In this document: piece after piece, positions 53,077-62,937 of the stretch
How positions within the stretch are numbered: the stretch's first letter is position 1
How the letters are laid out: the number at the start of each line of letters is the position of its first letter
NCBI GenBank assembly: GCA_965223505.1
Contig: CBDCWP010000038.1
Coordinates: forward strand, 192,001 to 256,000
Reading direction: 5' to 3'
Length of the DNA stretch: 64,000 nucleotides
From: Planctomycetota bacterium
GTDB lineage: Bacteria; Planctomycetota; PLA2; JAEUHO01
Translations under genes and position numbers: made by a program
The notes under the pieces: generated by a model
What the model was told of the DNA's origin: nothing
Seen by the model: only the letters and a program-made list of their open reading frames with translations
Databases searched by the model: none

Positions 53077-54002
53077 CGCCGCGCGCGTACATGGCCGCCG
53101 GGGTGCGACTGCTGGGTGGCGATGCCCTCTCGCTGGCGGTGATCTACCTGACGTACTCCATTCCCCTCCTCTTCTTCGGGCTCGTCTGGGACCTCGATGA
53201 CATGCTGCTCTACTTCGGTTGGCCGTTGCTGACGGCCGTGTTGGGTGTCCTGCTCCTACGACAGTCGCAGTGGATCGCAGCTGTGGCCGGCCGTGGCGAC
53301 GACCCTGAGCAGCCGCTGACGCACGGCGCCCTGCGCACGCTCGTCTTCGACCTCGTCGGCTGCTACGCGGCAATCAAGGCGTTGCACCACGTCGCCCTCG
53401 TCTTCATGACGGATCAGCCCGCCGGGCTCGAGCTCACGAGGCCCTACCTCATCGCGGGATACGCGCTGGTCGCCGTCGGTCTGCTGTTCGGCCCCCTCCG
53501 GACGCTGCGCGCAGTACGGGGGCTGAAGGTCGGCCCCCGGCACTTTAGCACGTCTCCCCTCGAAGCCCGGGAGCTCGAGGACATCGGCCGCCGCGCACTG
53601 AGCGCCTGGTTCGCGCTGGCCGCGTTGACGAGCGCGATCAAGTGGGTTTCGACCACCCCCTGGCGACTCGAGGGTACCGACTTGTCGACGCTTGCGTCGA
53701 TTGTTGCGACGGCCGTCGTCGCTTGGCTGTTCGCGCGCGCGGGTCGGCTGCCCGGACGCCTTCGACTCCCGACGACGCAGCTCGCATTCGAGACGGTCGC
53801 GGTCACCGTGCTGGTCGTGATCGTTCCCGACGTCGCGGCGTTCGCCCAGGGCCTTCGAATCGGGTTCATCATCCAGCTCGGGACGCCCACCGCGACACCG
53901 ATCACGCTGGCGCTGATGATCGTCCTCTCGTTCGGCGCGCTCTATTGGGCGCATCGACTGCGCACCCGCGGCCACCCGACGCTCGGAACGGTGTTCGAGT
54001 AG
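53073..54002 (+). CDS. hypothetical ~8-TM membrane protein
   Basis: ATGA overlap; about eight hydrophobic segments. Confidence 0.7.
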   Translation: MTPRAYMAAGVRLLGGDALSLAVIYLTYSIPLLFFGLVWDLDDMLLYFGWPLLTAVLGVLLLRQSQWIAAVAGRGDDPEQPLTHGALRTLVFDLVGCYAAIKALHHVALVFMTDQPAGLELTRPYLIAGYALVAVGLLFGPLRTLRAVRGLKVGPRHFSTSPLEARELEDIGRRALSAWFALAALTSAIKWVSTTPWRLEGTDLSTLASIVATAVVAWLFARAGRLPGRLRLPTTQLAFETVAVTVLVVIVPDVAAFAQGLRIGFIIQLGTPTATPITLALMIVLSFGALYWAHRLRTRGHPTLGTVFE

Positions 54003-54165
54003 CCGGCGCGGCGTGCCGTCGGGAACACGGCGACGCCCCGACACGTATCTTCCCCGTGACAGGCGCCGCCCCAGCGATGCGCCCGCGACGCGCCGACCGC
54101 GGCTCGCGCCCCCATCGATGCGCGGATCTTGGGTAGCATCCGATTCGGTGCCGGAGGGTTGTGCC

Positions 54166-56157
54166 ATGCGTCGGTTCGGTTGGGTGTTGGTGGTGCTCGT
54201 CGCGTTGGGCGGGCCGGTGCAGGCGGAGGACGAGACGCCGAAGTACGAAGGCCGCGACGCTGCGGCCTGGGCCGAAGACCTCGACGCGGCCGATCTCGAC
54301 CGACGGCGCAAAGCGGTGTTCGCGCTCTGGAACCTCGACGAGGCGGCGAAGACGGCGGTGCCGCAGCTCGCCGAGGCGATCGGTGACGACGACGACTACG
54401 TCGCGAGCACGGCGGCGAAGGTCCTCACCAAGTTCCAATGGATGAAGGCGCCGGGGGTGCTCGCGCCGGTCATGCCGACGCTGGCCAAGGCGCTCGAAGA
54501 CGAACGCGCGCAAGTGCGCACCGACGCGGCGCAGCTGCTCTGGTATGCCGGACCGCCGCTGGACGACGCCACGGCCGTCTTGCTGACGGCGTTGCGCAAG
54601 GCGCTCAAGGACACCAGTCCGTTCGTACGCGCCAACGCCGCGGCCGCGCTCGGCAACTTCTGGCGCCGGGCCGAGGAGGCGCTGGACGACCTGAAGCCGC
54701 TCATGCGCGACGAGAGCCGGGACGTGCGCATCTGGGCCGTGCAGTCCGTCGGAGCGATCAACGCGAAGGCCGCGCTCCCCGAGCTGATGGCGTCGCTGAA
54801 GGACAACGAGCCGAAGGTGCGCGCGGCTGCCGCGGGCGCGCTCGGGGGACTGCCGCCGCCCCATCCCGAGGACGTCGTCGACGCGCTGCTCGATCGAGCG
54901 GAGAAGGACACCGACCCGCTGGTTCGCGTCACCGCCGTCAACGCCATCTGGGGCATGCTCCCGGGTCGCGAGACGGTCCCGCGACTGCTGAAGCTCCTCG
55001 AGAGCAACGACACCGGCGTGCGCACGGCCGCCGCCGGCGCGCTGGGCGCCATCGGGGATCCGAGCTCGTTCGACGCGCTGCGCGAGCGCTTCCGCAACGA
55101 CGACGACACCGGCGTTCGGGCGGGCGCCGCCATGGCGTTGGGACTCCTGGGCCCGGAAGCGGAGCCGATCGTCCCCGAGCTCGTCCGGGCGCTGAACGAC
55201 ACCGAGCCGTCGGTTCGGAGCGCCGCGGCGAACGCGCTGTCGTGGCTCCCGCTCTACGCGGCGCCGGCCGTGCCGATCCTCATCGAAGCGCTCGACAGCA
55301 GCGACGCGGGGCTGCGCACGATGGCGGCATCCACGCTGCGCCAGTTCGCGGTCAACGGCGGGTTGCGCCGACACGAGAAGGCGCCGTTCGTCAAGGCGCT
55401 CGGCAGCGACGACGCCGAGGTGCGAACGGCGGGGGGCGACGTCCTCCTGTCCGTCGGCGCGAACGATCCGGTCACGGTCGAGGCGTTCATCGCGGCCTAC
55501 CGGAAGCACGACGACTACCGAACGAAGAACACGTGCCTGCGCGCGTTCATGCAGCTGCGCACGAACGCCGCCGCGGCGACCGCGCTGCTGAAGGGCGCGC
55601 TGCCGAACGAGCAACAGATGCCCGCGCACGTCGCGGCGGCGCTGGCCTGTGTCGCGACCGACGAGAAGGACGTCGAGATCGGGGTGCAAACGCTGATCGA
55701 CCTGCTGGCGGACGAGAGCTACCGGCTCACGGCGCTGTGGTCCCTGGGACAGGTCGGGCCGCGTGCGAAACGCGCCGAGATGGTGCTGCAGGTCTGGATG
55801 AAGAACGATTCGCGCGCGTTCTCCATCAACGCCGCGGGATCGCTGTCGAAGATCCAGCAGCCGGCGTCCAAAGCGGTCCTCGACGCGTTGATCTCCGATA
55901 CGAAGAACCCGGGGCCCGCGACGGCGCTCAACTACCTCGCCGACCTCGGCGACGGGGCGAAGCCCGCCGTTCCGCGGATGATCGAGCTGGCCGGCAGCGC
56001 GGATTCCGGAACGCGAGCCGCCGCCGTCGACGCCCTTCGCCGTCTGGGCGTGCGCTCGCCGGCGGCGATTGCCGCGATACGCAAGGCACGCAACGACGAC
56101 AAGGCGTGGGTGCGCATGCGCGCCGCCCTCGCGCTCCGGGAGCTCGGCTTGAAGTAG
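54166..56157 (+). CDS. secreted HEAT/PBS-repeat protein
   Basis: GGAGG SD, signal peptide ending VQA-E, many L.D....VR..AA.ALG repeats. Confidence 0.9.
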   Translation: MRRFGWVLVVLVALGGPVQAEDETPKYEGRDAAAWAEDLDAADLDRRRKAVFALWNLDEAAKTAVPQLAEAIGDDDDYVASTAAKVLTKFQWMKAPGVLAPVMPTLAKALEDERAQVRTDAAQLLWYAGPPLDDATAVLLTALRKALKDTSPFVRANAAAALGNFWRRAEEALDDLKPLMRDESRDVRIWAVQSVGAINAKAALPELMASLKDNEPKVRAAAAGALGGLPPPHPEDVVDALLDRAEKDTDPLVRVTAVNAIWGMLPGRETVPRLLKLLESNDTGVRTAAAGALGAIGDPSSFDALRERFRNDDDTGVRAGAAMALGLLGPEAEPIVPELVRALNDTEPSVRSAAANALSWLPLYAAPAVPILIEALDSSDAGLRTMAASTLRQFAVNGGLRRHEKAPFVKALGSDDAEVRTAGGDVLLSVGANDPVTVEAFIAAYRKHDDYRTKNTCLRAFMQLRTNAAAATALLKGALPNEQQMPAHVAAALACVATDEKDVEIGVQTLIDLLADESYRLTALWSLGQVGPRAKRAEMVLQVWMKNDSRAFSINAAGSLSKIQQPASKAVLDALISDTKNPGPATALNYLADLGDGAKPAVPRMIELAGSADSGTRAAAVDALRRLGVRSPAAIAAIRKARNDDKAWVRMRAALALRELGLK

Positions 56158-56165
56158 CGTCCGCC

Positions 56166-57713
56166 CTACTTGTCCTTGCGCTTGCGAACGGCCCCGCTCT
56201 CGCTCCGAAGGTCTTCGAGCTCGACGACGTGCGCCGTGACCATCACCAATCGGTCGATCTTGCGGTCCTCGACGTCGCTTCGCGCCGTGCGGATGAGCAC
56301 CGTGCCGCCGGTCGGCAGCGTGGATGTCGTCTTCGAACGAAGCACGGAGAGTTCGGGAACCTGGATCTTCACCTTGTGCCCTTCGATCTCCGTCTCGAGC
56401 TCCGGGATCGGACGTCGAAGCTCGGCCCAGGTGCAATTCGCGTCGAGGGTCACGTACCGCTCGTCCGCGCTCAGCGTCGGCTCGAGCTCCACGACGACGC
56501 CCTCTTGAATGGTGTCGATGACCGGGTCGAGGGCCGTCTTGCCGTCCCTGCCTTCGACGACCGTGTACTCCTTCACGTACGAGATCTGCGAGAGCACCTG
56601 CACGTTCGCCGTCTGCTTGTCGTAGGCCGTGAGGCGCGGCGCCGTCAGCAGCTTCAGCCGCTCACTCTTCTCGACGGCGCGCAAGAGGACCTCGCACTGC
56701 GTGTCGTCGAGAAACGTGGTGTTGCTCGGCTCGTCCTGCTCGTCGCGAATGCTGATGTCCTCGAGAAAGTTCTCGTACGCCTCGATCACGCGCACCTCGA
56801 AGTTGACGACGCGCTTCTTCTCGGACACGGCACGAGGCTCGGTGAACGACCGGCGATCGAGCTGCGTCACGGCCGCGGTGACCATCACCAGGTGCTCGGT
56901 CGAGCCGCCGGACCGGCCGAAGAGCTCCTCGGCGCGAACGAGCACGGTTCCGCCGTCGGGTACGTTCAGCTCGGCGTTCAACCGCCCGACCCGGATCGTC
57001 GGCAGCTGGATTTCGACCTCCTTGTCCCCGGCGACCTTCACGGGAATCGCCGGGATCGGGCGCTCGACCTGGGCCCACGTGCCGTCGATGTCGAGCGTCA
57101 CGAAGCGCCGGTCGGCGCTGAGCGTCGGCGTGACGCCGAGCAGGGCGCCCTCCTTGACCGTCTCGACGATGGGATCGGCCACACGGCTGCCGCCCATCGT
57201 GACCTCGACCTCGTAGTCGCTGACGAACGACACGTCGTTCAGGGTGCTGATGTCCGCCCGCTGGCGGTCGTACGCGGTGACGCGCGGCGCCGTGATGAGC
57301 TTCCAGCGCTCGCCCTTCTCGCAGGCACGCAGCAGGATCTCGACCTGGGTCTCATCGAGCAGCATGCTCGCCGCCTTCAGGTCGTTCCCGAATCGACCCG
57401 GCAGCCCCAGATCGCGGAAGGCGACGTCGTCCGCCTCGATCAGGCGAACGGTCATCGTCACGACGCTGCCGGACGCGCCGGCTTTCGGCTCGCGCGCCAG
57501 CTTCTGCAGCGCCTTGCACACCTGCATCAGCGTCTTCGTGTCGGCGCTCTCGAGAAAGGTCGTGGCCGCGGCCTGTTCGGCGTCGCTGCCGTGCAGGATG
57601 TGCCGCGCGATCTGTTCCGGCGACGGCGGCTCGGTATCGACCGCCGGGTCGCCGGCGAGCGACGGGGTGCAGAGCAGGAGAACGGCGAGGAGCGCAAGGG
57701 GGATGTGTTTCAT
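56166..57713 (-). CDS. secreted protein with two tandem secretin-like domains
   Basis: Signal peptide; duplicated TAPR(V/L)TAYD.Q.A / EG..L...PTLSAD.R(F/Y)VTLD / P.GGTVL motifs. Confidence 0.75.
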   Translation of the reverse strand: MKHIPLALLAVLLLCTPSLAGDPAVDTEPPSPEQIARHILHGSDAEQAAATTFLESADTKTLMQVCKALQKLAREPKAGASGSVVTMTVRLIEADDVAFRDLGLPGRFGNDLKAASMLLDETQVEILLRACEKGERWKLITAPRVTAYDRQRADISTLNDVSFVSDYEVEVTMGGSRVADPIVETVKEGALLGVTPTLSADRRFVTLDIDGTWAQVERPIPAIPVKVAGDKEVEIQLPTIRVGRLNAELNVPDGGTVLVRAEELFGRSGGSTEHLVMVTAAVTQLDRRSFTEPRAVSEKKRVVNFEVRVIEAYENFLEDISIRDEQDEPSNTTFLDDTQCEVLLRAVEKSERLKLLTAPRLTAYDKQTANVQVLSQISYVKEYTVVEGRDGKTALDPVIDTIQEGVVVELEPTLSADERYVTLDANCTWAELRRPIPELETEIEGHKVKIQVPELSVLRSKTTSTLPTGGTVLIRTARSDVEDRKIDRLVMVTAHVVELEDLRSESGAVRKRKDK

Positions 57714-57769
57714 GCGCACAGGTTGAGCGCGCGCCGTCACTTCGCGCTCACTCGGCCGTCACATGCGAG

Positions 57770-58600
57770 TCACTTCGCCGGCGGCGGCGCGTTCCACTCG
57801 GGCGTCATGTCATCGGCGCGTGGCGGCACGGTCGCCTGTGCGTCTCCGACGAGCTCGGCGCCGGCATTCACTCCGTTGTCGCCGTTGGCGTATTTGGAGG
57901 AGATCTTGCGCATGAGCTTCCAGATCAACCAGAAGATGAACAACGCGAGCAGCAGTCCGAGCACGCGCTGCCACCACGGGATGTTCTCGGCATCCAGCGA
58001 CGCCTTCAGCTTGTCCGCGAGGATCGCGTACGCGATCGAGACGACCAACCCGGCGATCGCGACCGCCCAGAACGCGGCGCGCTTGCTGATGCCGACGATG
58101 CGGCCGATGATCGCACCGCCCAGACATCCCGATCCCGGCAACGGCGTGATGACGAAGAAGCCGACGCCGATGGTGGCGAGCCGACGAATCCACGGCCGCT
58201 TGCGCACGGTCGCGACCGCTTCGCGGCGCGAGCGGCGTAGCGCCGGTCCGATCTTCGGCAGCTTGTGCAGCAGATCGAGGTTGTAGATGTACCAGAAGCC
58301 GCTGGCCGCATTGATCCAGATGACGACCATCGCCAGCTCCCAGGTCGTCAGGTCGACCTTGGCAGTGATGAACATGAAGTCGTCGAGGATCGCAGGCGCG
58401 AAGATGACCGTCGTTCCCAGGCCGAGCAGGCTGGCGACACCCGCAATGAGCGCGTCGTCCGCAAAGTGCTCGGACGCCGCGAATCCGAGCAGCAGCCACA
58501 GCAGCGCGGTGGCAGCGATGGGCCCGAAGAGGTAGCCGAGACGCCGGAAGAATCCGACGGGCTCGTCTCCACTGGGCTTTCGCTTCTTCGACTGGGCCAT
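57770..58600 (-). CDS. small multidrug export-like membrane protein
   Basis: Multi-TM, LLHKLPKIGP, FVITPLPGSG..GGAIIGRIVG. Confidence 0.7.
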   Translation of the reverse strand: MAQSKKRKPSGDEPVGFFRRLGYLFGPIAATALLWLLLGFAASEHFADDALIAGVASLLGLGTTVIFAPAILDDFMFITAKVDLTTWELAMVVIWINAASGFWYIYNLDLLHKLPKIGPALRRSRREAVATVRKRPWIRRLATIGVGFFVITPLPGSGCLGGAIIGRIVGISKRAAFWAVAIAGLVVSIAYAILADKLKASLDAENIPWWQRVLGLLLALFIFWLIWKLMRKISSKYANGDNGVNAGAELVGDAQATVPPRADDMTPEWNAPPPAK

Positions 58601-58785
58601 GGGCGTTCCTGGCGCGCTCGGCGCGGGGTCCAGGGAGGATATAGGCCCTCCCCCCGCTTCCGGCATGAAGCACACGGTCGTTGGCACCGCATTGTCCAGG
58701 GGGCGTGGGGTCGGGCGGCTGCGCCCTCCGGTCGGTCCGCGGCGGCCTTCGGCGAGTCCGCGCCCGTATGGTGTGGGGCCGCCCG

Positions 58786-59955
58786 ATGCAGAACGTGCTC
58801 GTCACTTTCGGAACCCGTCCCGAGGCCATCAAGATGGCGCCGGTGATCGATGCGCTGCGCGCGCAGCCGGGCCGGTTCCGCACGCACGTCTGCACGACCG
58901 GCCAGCACCGGGAGATGGTCGACCAGGTCCTCTCCCTCTTCGGCCTGCAGCCCGACGCCGACCTCGACCTGATGCAGCGCGACCAGACGCCCGCGCAGGT
59001 GACGGCGCGCGTGCTCGAGACGATGACCGGGACCATCCGTGACGCGCAGGCGGACGTGGTCGTCGTCCAGGGGGACACGACGACGGCGATGGCGTCGGCC
59101 ATGGCAGCGTTCTATCTGCAGGTCCCCGTGGCGCACGTCGAAGCCGGGCTGCGCTCGGGCCGGATGGACGCCCCCTTCCCGGAGGAGATGAACCGCGTCG
59201 TGATCGACAGCTTCGCGACGCATTGCTTTCCCCCCACCCCGGCGGCGGCGGCCAACCTCCGCGCCCAGGGCATCGTCGACCCGCTCGTGACGGGCAACAC
59301 GACGATCGACGCGCTGCTTCGGTTGCGACTGCGGCTGCCCGAGCTGGACCTGCCCGTGCGCGATCGCATCGGAGAACCCGAGCGTCTGGTGCTCGTCACG
59401 GCCCACCGGCGCGAGTCGTTCGGGGAGCCGCTTCGCAACGTGTTCGTCGCGCTGCAGGCCCTGGCCGAGGCGCATCCGGACGTGACGTTCGTCTACCCCG
59501 TCCACCCGAATCCCAACGTCGAGGGTCCGGCGCACGAGATGTTGACTGCGCCGAACCTGACGCTCGTCGCGCCGGTGCACTTCGCCGAGCTGGTATGGCT
59601 GATGGACCGTTGCGAGCTCGTGCTCTCGGACAGCGGCGGACTGCAGGAGGAGGCGCCCACGCTCGGCAAGCCCATCCTGGTGCTTCGCGACGTGACCGAA
59701 CGGCAGGAGCTGATCGACGCGGGCGGCGGCCTGCTCGTGGGCACGGACACCGACCGCATTCGCGAAGAGGCGACGCGGTTGCTCGAGGACGCCGACGCGC
59801 GCGCCGAGATGGGCCGGCACCGATTCCTGTTCGGCGACGGGTGCGCAGGCGAGAGGATCTCGCTCGCGCTCGCGGGCGAGACCGTCGATCCGTGGGTGCC
59901 GGGACTCGCGCCGCCGCCGACACTTCATCCGGCGAACGCGGGCGCCGCGACCTAG
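58786..59955 (+). CDS. wecB: UDP-N-acetylglucosamine 2-epimerase (non-hydrolysing)
   Basis: FGTRPEAIKMAP, TGQHREM, QGDTTT, HVEAGLR, TAHRRES, SDSGGLQEEAP. Confidence 0.96.
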   Translation: MQNVLVTFGTRPEAIKMAPVIDALRAQPGRFRTHVCTTGQHREMVDQVLSLFGLQPDADLDLMQRDQTPAQVTARVLETMTGTIRDAQADVVVVQGDTTTAMASAMAAFYLQVPVAHVEAGLRSGRMDAPFPEEMNRVVIDSFATHCFPPTPAAAANLRAQGIVDPLVTGNTTIDALLRLRLRLPELDLPVRDRIGEPERLVLVTAHRRESFGEPLRNVFVALQALAEAHPDVTFVYPVHPNPNVEGPAHEMLTAPNLTLVAPVHFAELVWLMDRCELVLSDSGGLQEEAPTLGKPILVLRDVTERQELIDAGGGLLVGTDTDRIREEATRLLEDADARAEMGRHRFLFGDGCAGERISLALAGETVDPWVPGLAPPPTLHPANAGAAT

Positions 59956-59957
59956 AC

Positions 59958-60734
59958 GTGCGGCGCGACACCGACTCCCGCGGCTTGACGCTCTGGTTCA
60001 TGCTCCCCGCCTACAACGAGGCGCAGAACCTGCCCGCGCTGCTGAACGACTTCCGCTCGACGCTTCAGCGCTGGCCCGGCGGCGCGCCGCCGACGAAGGT
60101 CGTGGTCGTCGACGACGGCAGCACGGACGACACCGCCGATGCGGCGCGTTCCGTCACGGGCCTGGATACGACCGTGCTGGTACACGATCCGAACCAGGGT
60201 CTGGGCGCGGCCATGCGCACGGGCATCGAGCACGTGCTCGACAACGCGCGGCCCGACGACCTGATGGTGAGCATGGACGCGGACCACACCCACCCGCCCG
60301 AGCTGATGCCGGGCATGGTCGAGCGCGCGCGCAACGGCGCCGATCTGGTCATCGCGTCGCGCTTCCAGCCCGGCGCGGAGGTGCACGGGCTCGACGCGCT
60401 GCGAACGTTCGTGAGCCTCGCCGCTTCGTGGCTCTTGCGCATCCTGTTTCCGTGCGCGCGCGACTACACGTGCGGCTACCGCTGCTACCGCGTCGCCCTG
60501 CTGGCGTGGGGCAAGCAGCGGTACGGCTCCGCGTTCCTCAATCAGTCGGGCTTCTCGGTGATGGTCGATCTCCTGCTGAAGCTGCGACGCAGAGCGCGGC
60601 GGATCGAGGAGGTGCCGTTGATCTTGCGGTACGACCGCAAGCAGGGCGCGTCGAAGATGAAGATCGTCCAGACGGCGGTGACGACGCTGCGGCTGTTGGG
60701 ACGCCGGTTCGTGGGGAATCCGACGGGGCCGTAG
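59958..60734 (+). CDS. glycosyltransferase family 2, polyprenol-phosphate sugar synthase-like
   Basis: LPAYNEA, VDDGSTDDT, NQGLG, MDADHTH, VIASRF, DYTCGYR, GASKM. Confidence 0.9.
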   Translation: MRRDTDSRGLTLWFMLPAYNEAQNLPALLNDFRSTLQRWPGGAPPTKVVVVDDGSTDDTADAARSVTGLDTTVLVHDPNQGLGAAMRTGIEHVLDNARPDDLMVSMDADHTHPPELMPGMVERARNGADLVIASRFQPGAEVHGLDALRTFVSLAASWLLRILFPCARDYTCGYRCYRVALLAWGKQRYGSAFLNQSGFSVMVDLLLKLRRRARRIEEVPLILRYDRKQGASKMKIVQTAVTTLRLLGRRFVGNPTGP

Positions 60735-60793
60735 GGCGATCCTGTCGAGTCGTAGAGGACGATCCGCGACTGGGGCGAATACGATGTGGGGCC

Positions 60794-61762
60794 ATGCCCA
60801 ATCCCTGGGACACCGCCGCCAAGTCGTTCCGTAGCGAGCTCACCGACGCCGTTCCCCAGGCGGTCCTGCGCCGACTGCACCAGACCCGGCCGTGGCGCCA
60901 CGCCCTCGTCGTCCTGCGACAGCTGCTGTTCCTCGCCGCCGCCGTCTACGTCGTCCTGCGCTTCGGCGATCGCTGGTACGCGTGGATCCCCGCCAGCATC
61001 GTCATCGGCTTCGTCATCTTCTCGTTCACCGTGCTGCTGCACGAGGTCGTTCATCGCACGGTCTTCCGGGAGCGCCGCTCGGCCTGGAACCGCCTCCTCG
61101 GACACCTCTACGCGGCGCCGAGCGGACTCTCGAGCAGCCAGTTCGAGCGCTGGCACCTCGATCACCACGACAACCTGGGCACCGACGACGGCGATCCGAA
61201 GCGGCACTACCTCACGCCCAAGATCGTCACGCGCCTCTTCAAGGCGCTCTACTTCACGCCCGTGTTGTTCCCGATCTACTTTCGCGCCGCGAAGAAGGCC
61301 GCTGCGAGCTATCCGCCCGCGCTGCGCAAGCGCATCGCCGTCGAGCGCTGGGTCGCGATTCTGCTGCACCTGGCGATTCCGGCCGTCCTCTGGTGGCAGC
61401 TCGGCTGGGAGGCCGCCCTCAAGCTGCACGTCCTCCCGGTGTTCGTCGTGTTCCCGGTCGCGTTCACGATCAACCGCCTCGGACAGCACTACGACATCGA
61501 TCCGGACGACCCCGCCGCGTGGGGCACGCTGATTCGCCCGAGCCCGTTCTTCTGGGACCGCGTCTTCCTGTGGTCGAACTACCACATCGAGCACCACTAC
61601 TTCCCCAAGGTGCCGTTCTACAACCTGCCGGCGCTGCACCGTTCGCTGCAGTCGTTCTTCGAGAGGCACGGCATGCGCAAGCGCACCTACGGCGGCCTGC
61701 TGTGGGATTGGCTGGTCAGGAACAAGACGCCCCACACGCGCTGGCACGCTACTCCTTCTTGA
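60794..61762 (+). CDS. membrane fatty acid desaturase family protein
   Basis: Three His boxes HEVVH, HLDHH and HIEHH, followed by P.VPFYNLP.LH. Confidence 0.9.
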   Translation: MPNPWDTAAKSFRSELTDAVPQAVLRRLHQTRPWRHALVVLRQLLFLAAAVYVVLRFGDRWYAWIPASIVIGFVIFSFTVLLHEVVHRTVFRERRSAWNRLLGHLYAAPSGLSSSQFERWHLDHHDNLGTDDGDPKRHYLTPKIVTRLFKALYFTPVLFPIYFRAAKKAAASYPPALRKRIAVERWVAILLHLAIPAVLWWQLGWEAALKLHVLPVFVVFPVAFTINRLGQHYDIDPDDPAAWGTLIRPSPFFWDRVFLWSNYHIEHHYFPKVPFYNLPALHRSLQSFFERHGMRKRTYGGLLWDWLVRNKTPHTRWHATPS

Positions 61763-62180
61763 CCTCCACGCTCACCTTGGTGACGTCCACGCCGGCGAGC
61801 GCGTTCGTGATGCGGACGACATCGCTCCACGGTGCGTCGCGCCCGGCCAGGAGGTGAACGCGCTCACGGCCGGTCGCCTGCCGCTGTTCCTTGATCCAGC
61901 GTCCCAGCGCGTCCTCGACACGCGTGCCCTCGAACACCCGAGTCGCCTCGCCGGCGGACGCGTGCAGCTGCCAACCGCCGTCGTCGGCCCGTTCGAACGT
62001 GACGGTGATCGTGTCGTCCGCGTCCACCTCGACCGGCGCGGGCTGTTCGGGGATCGGCTCCGGTTCGGGCGTCGGCGCCTGAATCCGCCGGTGGAACCGC
62101 TCGATCGGCGTCGGCCCCTCCTCTTCGGGCCCGCAGCCCGCGAGCACCAGGAGAACGAGACTGAGCAGCACCGGTCTCAT
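61749..62180 (-). CDS. lipoprotein with ExbD/TolR-like periplasmic domain
   Basis: MRPVLLSLVLLVLAG-C lipobox, Pro/Glu linker, VHLLAGRDAPWSDVVRITNALAGVDVTKVSV. Confidence 0.7.
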   Translation of the reverse strand: MRPVLLSLVLLVLAGCGPEEEGPTPIERFHRRIQAPTPEPEPIPEQPAPVEVDADDTITVTFERADDGGWQLHASAGEATRVFEGTRVEDALGRWIKEQRQATGRERVHLLAGRDAPWSDVVRITNALAGVDVTKVSVEVKKE

Positions 62181-62216
62181 GCGGCCCGAGCATACGCCGC
62201 GTCTAGACTGCGCCGC

Positions 62217-62462
62217 GTGGAGATCACCGTTCGCTACTTCGCCGCCGCCCGGGAAGCCGCCGGCACCGATGCCGAGACCGTCACCGCCGACGACGACGCC
62301 ACAGTCGAGCGCCTCTTCGACGCGCTCGTCGCCGCCCATCCCGCGCTGGACGGAGCGCGCAAGGGATTGCGCTTCGCGCTCGGCGACGAGTTCGTTCCGG
62401 CGGACACGCCCCTTCGCGACGGCGCTACCCTTGCGCTCATCCCACCGGTCGGCGGAGGGTAG
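62217..62462 (+). CDS. moaD: molybdopterin synthase sulfur carrier subunit
   Basis: ITVRYFAAAREAAG ... LALIPPVGGG C-terminus. Confidence 0.92.
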   Translation: MEITVRYFAAAREAAGTDAETVTADDDATVERLFDALVAAHPALDGARKGLRFALGDEFVPADTPLRDGATLALIPPVGGG

Positions 62463-62469
62463 GGCACGG

Positions 62470-62937
62470 ATGGCGTTTCGCATCACCAAGGAACCGATCG
62501 ACGCGGACACGGTCCGCGCTGCCGTCCTGGGGCCCGACAACGGCGCCATCGTGGTCTTCCACGGCGCCGTTCGAAACCGGACCGCCGACCGCCGTGTAGA
62601 GCACCTCGAATACGAGACGTACGAGCCCATGGCGCTCAAGCAGATGGAACGGATCGGCGCGGAGGTGATCGAGCGGCACGCGCTGTCGGCGCTCGCCTGC
62701 ACCCACCGCGTCGGCCGGCTCGAGATCGGCGAGGACGCGATGGTGGTCGCCGTCTCGGCCCCCCACCGCAAGGCGGCGCTCGACGCCGTGGAGGACTTCA
62801 TCGCCCGGCTCAAGCAAGACGTTCCGATCTGGAAGAAGGAGCACTTCGAGGGCGGCGCCGTCTGGGTCGGCACGCCCGACGATCCCCAGGCCACGCAGCG
62901 ACCGATCAGCGACGCCCCCGTCGGGGAGAGCCGATGA
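62470..62937 (+). CDS. moaE: molybdopterin synthase catalytic subunit
   Basis: GAIVVFHGAVRN, LEYETY, HRVGRL, SAPHR, LKQDVPIWKKE. Confidence 0.96.
   Translation: MAFRITKEPIDADTVRAAVLGPDNGAIVVFHGAVRNRTADRRVEHLEYETYEPMALKQMERIGAEVIERHALSALACTHRVGRLEIGEDAMVVAVSAPHRKAALDAVEDFIARLKQDVPIWKKEHFEGGAVWVGTPDDPQATQRPISDAPVGESR

Noticed and set aside
54010..54040. Hairpin after the membrane gene as a terminator
   Set aside because: Imperfect GC stem without a U tract; not distinguishable from chance at this GC content.
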